From: Selaginella moellendorffii
Lineage: Eukaryota; Plantae; Lycopodiophyta
Length of the DNA: 64,000 nt
Direction of reading: 5' to 3'
Assembly: GCF_000143415.4 (NCBI RefSeq)
Contig: NW_003314372.1
Coordinates: forward strand, 325,915 to 389,914
Of the stretch, positions 22,752-35,742 are shown in pieces. The notes below the pieces were generated by a model, which had not been told where the DNA came from, ran no database searches, and worked only from the letters and a program-made list of their open reading frames with translations. Position numbers and translations under genes: made by a program. Position 1 is the stretch's first letter, and each line of letters starts with the position of its first letter.

Positions 22752-25700
22752 AGAATGACGTAAATGTTGCCACATGCTCTCACTATGAAGGCCATCAATG
22801 AAGTAGGACCTGTTCTGATCTAGATCCTTTGTTGGAACATGGATAATCAAGCAAGTAAGCTTCTCAATATAGTCCCCAAACATCATTTCTCTTGCTGAAA
22901 ATGTTAAAGTTTTGTGCGAGCATTTTTTATGTAGTAATGAGGGGAAAAACGTAAATGGAAAGCAACCTCAAACTCATCCATGGTAAACACTGATGGTTTC
23001 TTATTTGCAACACGAGACTCCTCAAGCCAATTCCACCACTAAAGACCTGCATCATGCAAAACCATTGGAATATCCACTAAAGCCTCTACATCTAGAGTTC
23101 CCCTAGCAGCCAAGAACTTCTTCATATTAGGCTAGCTAAGCAAAACACTTGTTCACACCATCATCATTGGAAAAGGTTGGAATTTTGAGTCAATCTACCA
23201 AGGAAGGCTTACTTGGAGTGCTACCACGTCCAACCTTGAGTGCCTCAACACGCTCACACATGGTATTCATCATGTGATGCATCTTGTCTTGCATCTCTTG
23301 CTGATTTTGATTAAGAGCTTATAGCTCATGAACAACATTTTGAATGATCCAAACCTCCACAGCTCCATCAACACCATCATTAGCACCACCATCAATAATA
23401 GAATTCCAGCGTTTAACTTGGTCGGCCATCACAACCAACTCCTTTGATACCAATGTTATGATTTGGCACAAAAAGACAAAGATCTAGTCTCCCTAGACAA
23501 TGCTACACCACCTTGAGCCTCCCTTTGACCAAAGTTGACCACTTGGTCAAAGCTACCACCTAACACCTACAGGCCCTGGCCATGGTCATGCAAGACATGG
23601 CTGTAGAATGGGCTGGCTTGTAGCTAGAAGATTTTAAACCTAGTAAAGTAAAAAAAACTAAAAAATAGCATTGAACCCTGAAGGAGAAGGAGGGAGCTTT
23701 TGTGCCAAGATTGCACACATTTCTTGCTGGGAAGAAATGTCAAAGAAAAGTTCAAAAAGAAACTGTTGTATAAGTTCCTTGGCATCCCATATATTTGCTA
23801 GTTGGATCACTGGAAGGCTCTTGTCCAGTTAAAGCTTTATGACCAATATGAAACAAGAGAGTCAATCTTAGAAAAACTATTTTGAGACTTTCATAAAACC
23901 TATGTGCTTTGAAGGCCGATGATAATCCAGCCCTTGATAACATTGTCCAAGAGAAATTCTGTGAGCAAGAAAAGGTTTGTTGAAAACTCTAGCAAAGAAA
24001 GCTACAATTCAGAAGAGAGCAACATCTTACCTATTGATTTGTTTACAAAGTCGAGCTCCACCACATTGGGAATAAACTTCCCACTCAACAGCACAAGAAA
24101 ATAATCTCTATGTTATTGTCCCAGCTGAGAAGATGAAGGACTCAGCAAGAGTGTCATTGAGGATCTGTAAGTGAATTCAAATATGAACATCTTGCAAGAA
24201 ATGAAAGGAAAAAAACCTCAAAATTGTGCAAAGAGATTGATATGAGTGATGATCTCATAAGAATGTAGTGAAATCCCTTGTACAACATTCTCAAGAATAG
24301 AGGAAAGTGAAAATTAATAGGTAAAATATATCTAGATGGTGGATTCCAGCGAAACAATTGCCTGAATCCCCTATTATGAAGGCTAGAAGAAATCAGCATG
24401 GAGGAGGAAGGCAATGGGTACTCTTTGAGTGCTTGTGTCCCAAAAAACAAAAAAAAATAAAACATGTGATATCCAATGTAAATTTTTTTTCCACGTGTCA
24501 CTATCCATACCATCCTTTTTTTAGTTTTGAATCTAGATTAGAATATATTGGAGTAACTCCAATGGAGTAAGTCTGGAAACTATATCTCTCCCACCTTGAA
24601 AGATATGGAATAGCCAACAGCCCCACTCAACCTTTTTGATAAAGAACCTTAGGTAGTTCTTGACTTCTGTATCCACCAACCTAGTCATGCCTTCCCATTT
24701 AGGAAATGTAGGCTGGGCTGAACTCAAGCTGTTTACTCAAGTAAATGAACAAGCTCATCCAGAATTTTTCTGTGAACTTTGAATCTCAGTGCTACACTCT
24801 GGGCTACTGAATCCTCTCACAATGCCCATCCCCAGGGGAATTTTCCCTGCCCTCTTTTGTCTTGCCATCATCTTATGGTTTTCTAGAACCACCACCACGA
24901 CCATCCAGATTCATTCATTTCCATCCTGAGTACAATCTTGTAGTTTTCCTTCAAGAAGGTAGGATATTTGATCCTTGGACTGAGAAGGGCTCTCCTATAC
25001 TTTGGGTTCAGGTTTCACTTAGGTGCATTGATGTAAGTCTCTTAATCATAAACTCCTCAAAATACTGAAAATTGAGCAATCTCCTTGCTTCCATACCTTG
25101 AGTTCATGATAGGCCACATTTATGTGGTTGTCCAATCTAGGTCTGCACTTGCTAGGTATGCTTTCACAAGGAGGGTCATATTTTCAGTTGTCCAACTGTC
25201 CCACAAACTTCATATCTTGGACCCATTAAATCACCTAGTGTTTGGCTATCCTCCCCACAACTTTAGCCCTGATAGGTAGACATATCCAAAATTATTGCTG
25301 CTAATCCCTCTTAGGTAAGGTCATTAAGACCACAAGGGGGACCAACTCTGATTAACATTATCATTTACTGATCTGTTCTAGGAGTCCCTACATTCTGTGT
25401 TTCTACCCATTCCTATACAAAGGAGGAGTTGGTCTGTCAGTCCATTCCCTCTTGCCTTCCACATTGAAATGACGTTCCAATTTGGCAACACATTTCATAA
25501 GCTCTTCAATCACTTTGAGCCTTTGTAGAATTTGAGTGATTTGGCAATATCACTCCTTGATCATTCACCATAATCTCCTACAAAGTTGTAGAACCTAAAT
25601 TACCAATGGTAAAATAATCAAGATAGTATATCTATATCCACTATCTATCCACTATGATAATTTCCCCTTCCTAGTCCTAATGTAGGGTGTCTGGTTGCAC

Positions 25701-26353
25701 TCACACTAGCACACCACTTCCACAGGCAACCTACCTACCTAAGTGCTTGCACAAGCACATACTTGCCATCCAACAAACTTGGACCTTAAAATGTTTATAT
25801 CTTTTACCTCCACTCAGATTACATAAAGAGGACAGCCTTACTCAAATGGGCTTAGAGCCAATTCTTGACACAACTAGAAGTCAAAACAAAGATTCCTAAT
25901 GTTTGGAATGAAAAAATTTCCCAGCTGGACTTTCCAAGTAGTTTCTTAGGTGCCTTTGGCTTCAATACTACGTGTAAAGCCTAAAGTAAGCAGGAGATTA
26001 GACTCCCAACAAGGGTGGTAGTGGCAAAATGCATCATTCTCGAGTATACAGTACCATATATCAATCTGCCCGATGCTTGTGAGCACACTCAAGAAGGTAT
26101 AAACTATGGTGAGAACTTACATTTGGAAGGACAACTTGGTAATAGGTCAGATTGTGAAAAAACTGGTATGGCAATATATGGCAAGACCATGAGTGCTAGG
26201 TGGGTTAGGCATCATTGATCCAAGTGACCTAGGTAAGGCCTTGAGGTACAAGATAATTCTTACAAGGCTACAACTAGGGCAATAGCCATAGAAGCTGCTA
26301 TTTAGGCATAGCCTCCTAGTGATTTGTCTAAGCAAAGAATGGTATAACTTTGG

Positions 26354-29300
26354 TGTAAGTGACTAAATTTTTTATTCTACTTTAGTTACTTAACTCACTT
26401 ACAACTTCCATGGGTTCTAATCCCAACTTGGGGTACTTGCTAAGACTTTAGATGTGGTATCAAACCCATATTGACTTTGTAGTTGGTTTCAAATGCTCCA
26501 TATGTCTAAGTCCACTTAAGACACCTAAACATACTTTGGATATACCAACCTCTTACACTAAAGCTATATCCATTCTCACCATCTTGTTGGTAGTCCAAGA
26601 CCACCTATACTATAAATCTGTTTCTCTAAAATAAGACCATCTTTTCTATAAGTGGTCACTCTATGACCACTATCTAGTATTCTTATGATGCCTGAAGATC
26701 TAAAGAAACACTATCCTCCAATATCTTTCCTTTGATCCCCACTAAGTCCCTCTCTATCCAGAGCAGTGCTCGCCAACATTGCCAAAGGTTAGGGTTTGAA
26801 AGCCCATTCATTAAGTCCTACTAACCTCTAAGATTTCCTCACTACATAACCATACTCTAGGTTACTAAGTAAAAGGACCACTTTTCTTTCCCACTTTTGA
26901 GACGATATTTTGAAGCACTACAGCTTGTAAGGGACTAAATTTTCTATTTTACTTTAGTCACTTAACTATATCTTTGACCATATGGAGGAGCCTCACTCAC
27001 AACTTTGATAGGTCCTAATCCCGACTTGGGGAACTTATCAAGACCCAAAGGTGGCCTTAAAGCTATATTACTGTTGCACTTTGTCCAAGTGTTCCACGTG
27101 TCTAAGTCTTATTTATAGACACCCAAATGTACTACTAATGCACCAGCCTTTTGCACTAAAGCTATGTCCATTCTCATTATCTTGTTGGTAATTCAAGACC
27201 ACCTATACCACAATCTTGCCTCTCCAAGACTAAATTATCCATTCATAAGTGGTCATTTTAAGACCACTCTTTAGCATCTTTAGGATGCCTTAAAATATGC
27301 AAGAACACTACTCTAATATTTCTTCTTTCATCCCCACCAAATCTTTTTTCATTCGCAATAATGCTTAACACTACCACTAGGTCAAGGTCTGAAAGCCCAT
27401 TCACCAAGTCCCATTGACCTTTGAGACTTTCTCAACTTCCTCACCATGTAGCTATCCCCTAGTTACTAAGTGAGAGGACCACTCTTCTTCCTTACCATAG
27501 TTAGACTTTAGGACAATATTTCAAAACACTGCAGCATAACATAAGCTTTGCCCTTTTGCAACAAAGGGTGCCCTAACCATATGGTTAGAGTGAGGTTTCA
27601 ATGAGTCAAGTAGATTCTAAATAAGCTAGTGCCACCCATATTTAGANNNNNNNNNNNNNNNNNNNNNNNNNNNNNNNNNNNNNNNNNNNNNNNNNNNNNN
27701 NNNNNNNNNNNNNNNNNNNNNNNNNNNNNNNNNNNNNNNNNNNNNNCTATATTCATTTTAGCCTTGGACTTTCTAGTGTTTATATCATCACCTACTACAT
27801 GGGTATAACCTTTCTTGGTCAGAGTCCTCCCTTTACTATCTTGTAAGGACTTATCTTTAGGGTATAGGAGATGATTACTTTGGACTTTCACCCCTTAGAC
27901 TTAGACTTGGTCTTGGCCTTAGTTGTTAGCAACCAAAGAGAATGATTTAAAAAATGACTTATTGGGGTTTAAATATAAAGGAAAAGAGCCCATGAATAAA
28001 AGTGCATCTTAGTTTTTAATTGGTTAGGGGTTTGGGATGTTTAAGGTTAAACATTCTTGGGTTTAAGTACGACTATGCTAGGTGACCTTTTAGGAAGTTC
28101 AAATTCAAGAGTTTACACTTAATCTTAGAGTCGATCTCAAATTTGGTTTTGGACTCAATTTCAAACTTAGTCTTGACACTTTCATATGTTATGACACTTG
28201 TTATGTATTGGTTATTCTTTTATCCCTTCCAAAGAGTCACTTCATGCTCATTCCTCAAGCGCCTATTTAGGAGTTCCACTCTCGCTCTCGACTTTTCAAT
28301 TAGTCTAAATATGTTATTTTTGTTGGACTTTTGTTTTGGCCACTACTATATGACCCACCTTTAGCTCTATTTTAAGACTTAAGGGTTTGTGTTTTACACC
28401 CATAGATAAAGTTTGATGTCTTTTATCAAATGATAACCTATTTTCTAAAGTAACCCTATTATAAATTACCATTTTATCTTTTGCACCAAGCCAATATTTA
28501 TTAATGGTTTAAAACTAAAGACTCATTATAACTTACACACCATTAAAGGAGTATGGGCCTTCCAACTTATAGACTCCATATGTCACTTATAAGGGCTCAT
28601 TCTTTGCTATATTAGATATCACTAAACCCTCTAGAAATCCTTATTTTGTATCCACTCTTGAGTTATCTTGAACCCTATCAACATAAAGATTGTCCTATAA
28701 AACTTTAACATTTGACTTTTGTAAGCAACTAAATTTTCCATTCTACTTTAGTCACTTAACAACATCTTTGACTATTTGGAGGAGTCTCATTCACAACCTC
28801 TTATAGTCTTATTCTTAACTTGGGGACATCTTAGCCTTTTGAATGGCTTCTATGCCACTCAACTTTTACACTTAGTCCAAGTGCTCCACATGTCTTATCC
28901 CATGACAGGCACCCCAAAGGTATCATTGATATGCCAACCCGTTACACTAAGGCCATATCCATTTACTCTTATCTCACTAGTAGTCCAAAACCACTTATGC
29001 TATAGTCCAATCTCTCAAAGATTGGGCCATCCATCTATGAGTGGTCATCTAAGAAACACATGTTAACATCTTTAGGATGTTCGGGGGACACCTTTCCCCA
29101 ATATCCCTTTCTTCAGTCCCTACAATGTCTTTCTCCATCCATAGCCATGCTTGTTAATACCACCACTGGGTCAGGGCCCAAATGTCCAAGCACTAAATCC
29201 CATTGCCATTTGGGACTTCCTCACCATGTGATTATATCCTTAGTCACTACACAAGCAGATTGCTCCTCCTCCTTTACATAGGGACTTTGGAATGACATTT

Positions 29301-31140
29301 TGAAAAACTATAGCCCTATGCAAGCTTTGTTGTTAGGCACTATGTCAGGATAATAGGATATAGAAAGGGCCCTACAATCAAGTAATCACCCCTTTTACTA
29401 GTTGGCATAGGGTGTAAGGGATAGGATCTTAACATTGGTATCAAAACCCAATTTGATTCTCATGGCTAACAAGTGGGGCAAGAATATTCTATAAGAATAT
29501 TTAACATGGTGGATCTAGAGGGAGAACCATGGTTTGGTGGACCCTAAAAGAAGGACAATGGTGACCAAAGGGTGGTCTAAGTATGATTGCAGACGATCAT
29601 TCCCTAGCGAGGGGAGGATTGTTAGGCACTAGATTAGGATAATAGGATAAGAAAGGGCCTTACAATCAAGTGATCACCCTTTTAGCTAGTTGGCATAGGG
29701 TGTAAGAGATAGGATCCTAACACTCATGCCCTTAGATATCTTAACTATGTGGCTAGAGTGAGGTTTTGATGAGCTATGCCAAGTATCCAAGTAGGTAATG
29801 CCACCCACATTTGGATAGAGAGTATCAACCATTCAATCTCTTGGGGGAACTAGAGTTGGCTCTTAAACACTTCATTGAATTACTTTACTTGTCCATCCAT
29901 ATTCACCTTAGCCTTGGACTTTTCAGTGGTTATTTAATGACTCACCACGTGGGTATAACCTTCCTTAGTCACACTAGCCTTTCTTGGCAAAATAAATTCC
30001 ACTAGAGTCCTCCCTCTATTATCCTTTTGGAACTAACCAAACCCCCCACGGTCTAGAAGATGATCACTTTAGGCTTTCACCCTCAAACTTAGACTCGGAC
30101 TTAGACTCAGACTCAAACTTGGACTTTGTCCCGGTCTTGGTCCCGGTCCTAGTCTCAATCTTGGTCTCAGTCTTAGCCTTAGTCCCCATCTTCAGACTCC
30201 TTCTCAGACTTGGTCCCAACACTTTTATATATTATGACACTTATCATATGTCAGTCCTTCTTAAGTCCTTTTCTAAAGACTCATTCACTAATTGCTTCAT
30301 ACTCATTCCTCAAGCACTTTGTTTAGAGTTCCACTATTACTCTCAACTTTCGGAGTTATATCTTTTTGGTCCAAATCTGTTACATTTGTTGGACTTCCAT
30401 TTTAACCACTACCATATGACACACTTCTGACTCCACNNNNNNNNNNNNNNNNNNNNNNNNNNNNNNNNNNNNNNNNNNNNNNNNNNNNNNNNNNNNNNNN
30501 NNNNNNNNNNNNNNNNNNNNNNNNNNNNNNNNNNNNTTCCCATCCTAGGGAGTTCCTTACTAAGGCCACTATCATCCTCTCCCTTATTTTGTGCCAATCT
30601 TAGCACTCTACCCACCATATAGTAAGAAGTTTTCTCCTTTAGACTTATTCATAGCTCATATCTATTTTCTAAAACTAGTTTCATCTACCTCAATAATTGG
30701 GTTTTACCTTAGGATCTCCTAATCTTGTACTTCTACTCATTTATTAGGTTACTTAGGTCTTATTACCCTTTAAATCCATAATTTATACTAGGGCTAATTA
30801 TGGCCCTATCACTAACTACATTGCTACTCCATTTCTTGGAGTTTTTAGCTTTCACTAAATTGAAACACTTGGGAATTCCATCCTTTAGAAACTTATTACA
30901 TTTTCTATATATTTGTTAGTAGTTTTTTGCCTAACTTATTGTTTGAATTCCTTTCAATAGTTTCTTGAGCCCATTCTTGGCCATTAATATTTTGCTCCTA
31001 TCCTTTAATCATTTACACTAGGATCACTACCTTTATACTTGGGGTATTTTTTTGTTCCACAACAAAAGCTTTGCTTTGATATTTTAGGTTCATACTATTG
31101 AAGGTCTTGTTGCACTATATCGACAAGCTCTTTGGCCTCT
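26354..31140 (-). mobile_element. Cluster of old, CpG-decayed family B sequences: partial LTR 26354-26925, LTR 26926-28398, 3' interior, nested LTR from 28720, interior resuming after the gap
   Basis: TGTAAG(T/G)GACTAAATTTT-type LTR ends at 26354, 26926 and 28720. Colinear with 55659-58400. Two N gaps. Confidence 0.82.
29331..29722 (+). mobile_element. TRIM (family D), 392 bp
   Basis: Direct terminal repeats 29331-29434 and 29620-29722 (TGTTAGG...TAACA), PBS TTGGTATCA, PPT GAGGGGAGGA, 185-bp non-coding interior. Confidence 0.93.
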
Positions 31141-33656
31141 TGGCATTCTTCTTTTGAAATTTTTTGTATTTGGTCTTGAGTTTCTTGTTCTTCAATTTTG
31201 TTGTCAAGATCTTCTTTTTGATAATTCATATTTGTTTGTGTGAGAACTCAGATTTCTTATTCATCTTCACATTGTTCTTCTTCAACTAGTTTATATCAAC
31301 ATTCCTTGCTGTTGGTGGAGGTTTTTGGTTTTGTTGATTGTTCTGAATTAGTTGATTTCTTTATTTTGTTGTTGTTGATATTGAGGTTGAAAATCTTGAG
31401 TCTTAGGTTGTTGATGATAGTTGTTTTGAGGATATACTCAAGGTGGTTATTCATATTATTATAGCTTTGTTAACTTTGAATTATTGGAGATGTCTTTTAG
31501 TGTCTTCAATATTGCTACCGGTGAAGATTGGATAGGTTATCATGTTGCCATACGGTGTTGTTGGGTTGATGAGAGTCTTTTCTTTACCTTTTGTTTTAAT
31601 TTTTTTCTAGTGGTGGTATATATGATTGAAAGTTGCCAGGGTTGTAACTTTCATAATCTAGACTAGTTAGTAGTGGTAAATCTTGTTCTAAATCTTCTAA
31701 ATCTCATTTTGTTGAATCTTCAATTTTTGTTGTATTCTTGTGTTCTCTTACTTTTATTATTTGATTTATTTTATTGTAGTTATTGATGCTAATCTCTAGG
31801 ATTTCTTCTTCAATTTAAGTGTTCTTTTATTTCTCTAAAGCTTGCATGAATTCTCTTCTATCTTCTCTTTTTTATTGTCGTCAATTTCTTTTTTGTATCT
31901 TGATTGGGTTGGGTTTGTGTATGTATATTCAGTATTTTGCTGGAGTCTTGTATTTGTTTTCTTGAATTTGTTATCTTGAGTTTAATTTCTTGAGTATGTC
32001 TTATAATCTTTGGTATGTTGTATTGTTCTTGAGGAAAGGTTGTACAGTTTTAAAATCATGTTGTGTAGACTAATACGATTTTGTGTATCGAATATTTATA
32101 CTATTATGTTGTACTCAGCTTAATAAATTTGATCTGTCTTTAACAAATTCCAACTTTGCAATTGAATAAGAGTGCATAATATGACTACTCTTTTTATGAG
32201 TTCTTGTTGTGTTAAATTTTTAAAAAATGTTTGTGATCTACTTCTAATTGTGTTGTGTCTAATCTTTTACGTCCTGACTATGAGCGTCCATGCTTTCTAG
32301 TCGATGGTGATATTTGAAAAATTTGAGCTGAGTAGTGGTTGTATTCAAAGTGTTGTTGTCCTCAATATTGATGTCAAAATAGGTTTTGAAATCTTTGATT
32401 CTTATATTCTTCTATCTTTGATTGCTATCCATGCATCAAGATATGGGTTCCAGCAAATTATCTTAGCTAGAAGCTTAAGTGTTTATAAGTGTATCCATTG
32501 TTCTTTTGCCCAAATTCTATCTCATATTTCTTCACTAGTTAACTCCTGTATGGCTGCACTTTTGGGTGTGATATATCCTTGAAAGAATTTTTGTCTAATG
32601 ATTTTTTTGACATTTTAAACCAAAAAAGTTGGTGGTCTCTCATAGATGTAAGGAACCAACTCCCCGAGGTGTCGTAGGCTAAAGGATACCCGAAAGCATG
32701 ACAAAAATGACAAAAAGTTTATCGGATGGGACCGAGTCGGAGATCGAGTCCAAGACCGACTTTGAGACTGAGTTTGAGATAGAGTCCAGGATCGAGTCCG
32801 AGGCTAAATTGGAGACCAAGTTCGAGATGCAAATCGGGTCCGAGACTGAGTCCGAGGTCGAGTTCGAAGTCAAGTCTGAGATCGGGTCCGAGATTGAGTC
32901 CGAGACTGAGTCTGAGTACTAAAACGGGTCAAGGGGTGAAAGCCCAAAGCGTGCACCTCCCAGTGGGGGGGGGGGGGGGGGGGCCTAAAAGGGGTTCCCA
33001 AAATATATTAGGGTTATGGGGGGGTTGGAACCCTTCTTGAAGGAACCCTCCCGGGGGGCTTCCAAATTGACTTGGGGTTTAAACTGGGGCTGAGGGGCCT
33101 TGGGGGGGAAGGAACATGGACCCAAGGGGGGCTGGGGGGGCCCCCCAAGGACGTGCTCAAGAGCAACTCCCACTCCCGAAAGGGAAACCGACTGCAGTGC
33201 TCTCGGGTCATATGGAGTGGTGCCCCACTTGAGTACCTTGTGGCTCATTGGTCCTTGCCTTTCCTAGAGGCTTGGGCCTTCCCTTCGGGATAGAGGTGCG
33301 GGGGTAGAGGTACCTATACCGGGCCGTTAGGCCATGGTGTTTCGCCCCGGCGTCCCGAAGCAAGTGTTGCACCCAAGGCTTGGGATTTAGAGGGTCTTAT
33401 GATCAAGTCTTGTTGTACCAAGGGATGTGAGGAACTTAGAGGCTTGGTGTGCTTGGCTGCTTGTGCTTGCGGGGAGTGTAACCAAACCTTAAGTCCAGTC
33501 TAACCCGGGGAGGGGGATTAGGAGAGATTTGGGAGACTGTGAATGGATGGCTAACGCTCCGTTGCTCGTGCAATGAGTAACTGAAACCAAGTAGGACCAA
33601 GTAGGAGCTGGTGCAATAGGCAGGAACCTTGGTGAGGGAACTTAGCAAAAGCCAAG

Positions 33657-34802
33657 TGTCGCGAATGTGACTTCGGGTATCGAAAGTTACCTGTCGGCTA
33701 GTCTTTTCGGATATTCTTTCCTTACTACCATGATGGCAGGAGGTCGGTATTGCTGGACCCGTTATCAGTTTCCCACTTGAGCTAGTTGAGAAACTGGTCA
33801 ATGACCGTGTACTTAGATCGGATAAACATAAGGTAGGAACCCTATGTGTTTCTTGCTGAGCATACTCGGCCTGGTTTGAGAAACTCCTGTCATTGGCTTG
33901 CACTTGCTAGTATCAAGAACCCTCGCGATATTGAGCTTGGTCCCTCAATATCGCTAAATGATAGCTTATTGTGTTTGCTAAACACCCTCGCTATCATGCC
34001 CTTTGTGTTAGTCTCATTTTGGTCCCAAATGCTATTTATGGAAAGTGTCCAGATTTGCTCATTTGGCATATCTACGGAATGTAGAGATCGGCCTGAACAC
34101 AATGGTGTTCGTCCCGTGTCCAAATTCGCAATCTAAGGACATTCCATATTTAGTAAGTTTCGAGCTTGTCCCAGAGGCTAACTCCTGGTACTAAGGGAGG
34201 CTTTGGGTGAAAGCCCAAAGTGTGTGTTCCTCAAGGGGGGGGGGGCTATGGGGGGTTCCAAATGTATAGTAGGGATAGTGGGTAGGTCGGGCATGGCCGA
34301 CCAACCTGAGGCATAGTCTAGCTTCCGCTTGCATGCCTGTCCTTGTTTTGCGTCCGGCTTGGGTCTAAGCCCAAGTTCCATTCCATGCTAGTTGGTGGAG
34401 TACCCATATCCTCGCGTTAGGCCACCGGTATGTTGAAATAGCGCCAGACTCCGTTTGGCTCTGTTTTGCGTGCTGGTTCTGGCATTGGGATGCTAGTTGC
34501 TACAGGACTGTTCCAAGTCGCTCCAGGCCCCTGTCCCTTTGCTCCTTGGGCTTTATGCTCAGGAGTTGCTCTGTGGTCCGGTTCCATCACTCCTTGGCTC
34601 CACGCTTGGGAGTTTGGCACCGTTCCTTCATTCAGTGGCCCAAGGCCCTGAACCTCGGGTTCTTATGGACACGTAGCATGGACACGTGGCATGTGACACG
34701 TGGCATCTGTCACGTGGCACAAAGAGGGTTTAGGTTCCACTTCGTGGTGTTATCCTATGGTAAATCACCATAGGATAAAGGGTCAAAACCACGTGCGCTA
34801 CA
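33657..34802 (+). mobile_element. Family E solo LTR inserted in the C1 LTR
   Basis: TG...CA termini, perfect TSD CCAAG (33652-33656 and 34803-34807), matches 743-1881. Confidence 0.95.
34668..34719 (+). promoter_or_regulatory. Cluster of G-box/ABRE-like motifs in the E LTR
   Basis: CACGTAGC followed by three CACGTGGC at 13-15 bp spacing. Confidence 0.5.
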
Positions 34803-34915
34803 CCAAGGCAGTATTGATCAGATAGACGAGGTAAGCTGGCAAATTGGAAAGGAAAAATTTGTGGCATGCAATTTAGTATCAGAGCCTTTTTCTCAGTTCT
34901 ACCGAAGGATAGAGG

Positions 34916-35742
34916 TGTAAGCCACAAGGTGGCTACCTTCCTTAGTTCCTCTTCTGGAACATACACTCTCATTTGTTCCCTAGGAAGGGCGAGGACCAAT
35001 GAGCCACAAGGTACTCAAGTGGGGCACCACTCCACATGAGTTGGGAGCACCGCAATTGGTTTCCCTTTCGGGAGTGGGAGTTGTTCTTGAGCATTTCCTT
35101 GGGTGGCCCCTCCGGCACCACCCAAGCCCATGCTCACTCCCACCCAAGGCCCCTCAGCCCCAGTCTAACCCTCAAGTCAGTTTGGAAGCACCACTGGAGA
35201 GTTCCTTCAAGATTGGTTCCTGGACCTCACTATCCCTACTATAATTTTGGAACCCCCTGCAGCCCCCCCCCGGGAGATGCACGCTTTGGGCTTTCACCCC
35301 TTGACCCGTATTAGTATTCGGACTCAGTCTCGGACTTGATCTTGGACTCGATCTCGGACCTGACTTCGGATTCGGTCTTGGACTTGATCTCGGACTCGAT
35401 CTCGGACCTGACTTCGGATTCGGTCTCGGACTCGATCTCGGGTTCGATCTCGGACCCGATCTCGGACTTGACTTCGGACTCGACCTCGGACCCGATTTGG
35501 GTCTCGGACTCTGTCTCGAACTCGGTCTCAAACTCTATCTCGAACTCGGTCTCGAACTTGGTCTCGAACTTGGTCTCCAATTCGGCCTCGGGCTCGATCC
35601 CGGACTCTATCTCGAACTCGGTCTCAGAGTCGGTCTTGGACTCGATCTTCGATTCGGTCCCATCCGATGAACTCTTTGTCATTTCGGTCATGCTTTCGTG
35701 GATCCTTTAGCCTACGACATCTTGAGGAGTCGGTTCCTTACA
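34916..35742 (-). mobile_element. Solo LTR of a C variant (C-prime) inserted antisense in the C1 leader
   Basis: TGTAAGCCACAA...GGTTCCTTACA with perfect TSD AGAGG. U3 and array match C, but the U5 side is shorter and different. Confidence 0.93.

Larger units (their letters stand above)
19914..23565 (-). mobile_element. Family A copy A3 with both LTRs, PR-RT deleted, carrying F and G insertions
   Basis: 3' LTR 19914-20146. Internally deleted 5' LTR 23454-23565 with adjacent PBS. Gag is joined directly to RNaseH at ~21920. Flanks CCCAT/CCTAC are a possible decayed TSD. Confidence 0.9.

Noticed and set aside
29326-29727. TSD of the TRIM
   Set aside because: Flanks TTTGT/CTCAT do not match. They could both derive from CTCGT by deamination, but this cannot be shown.
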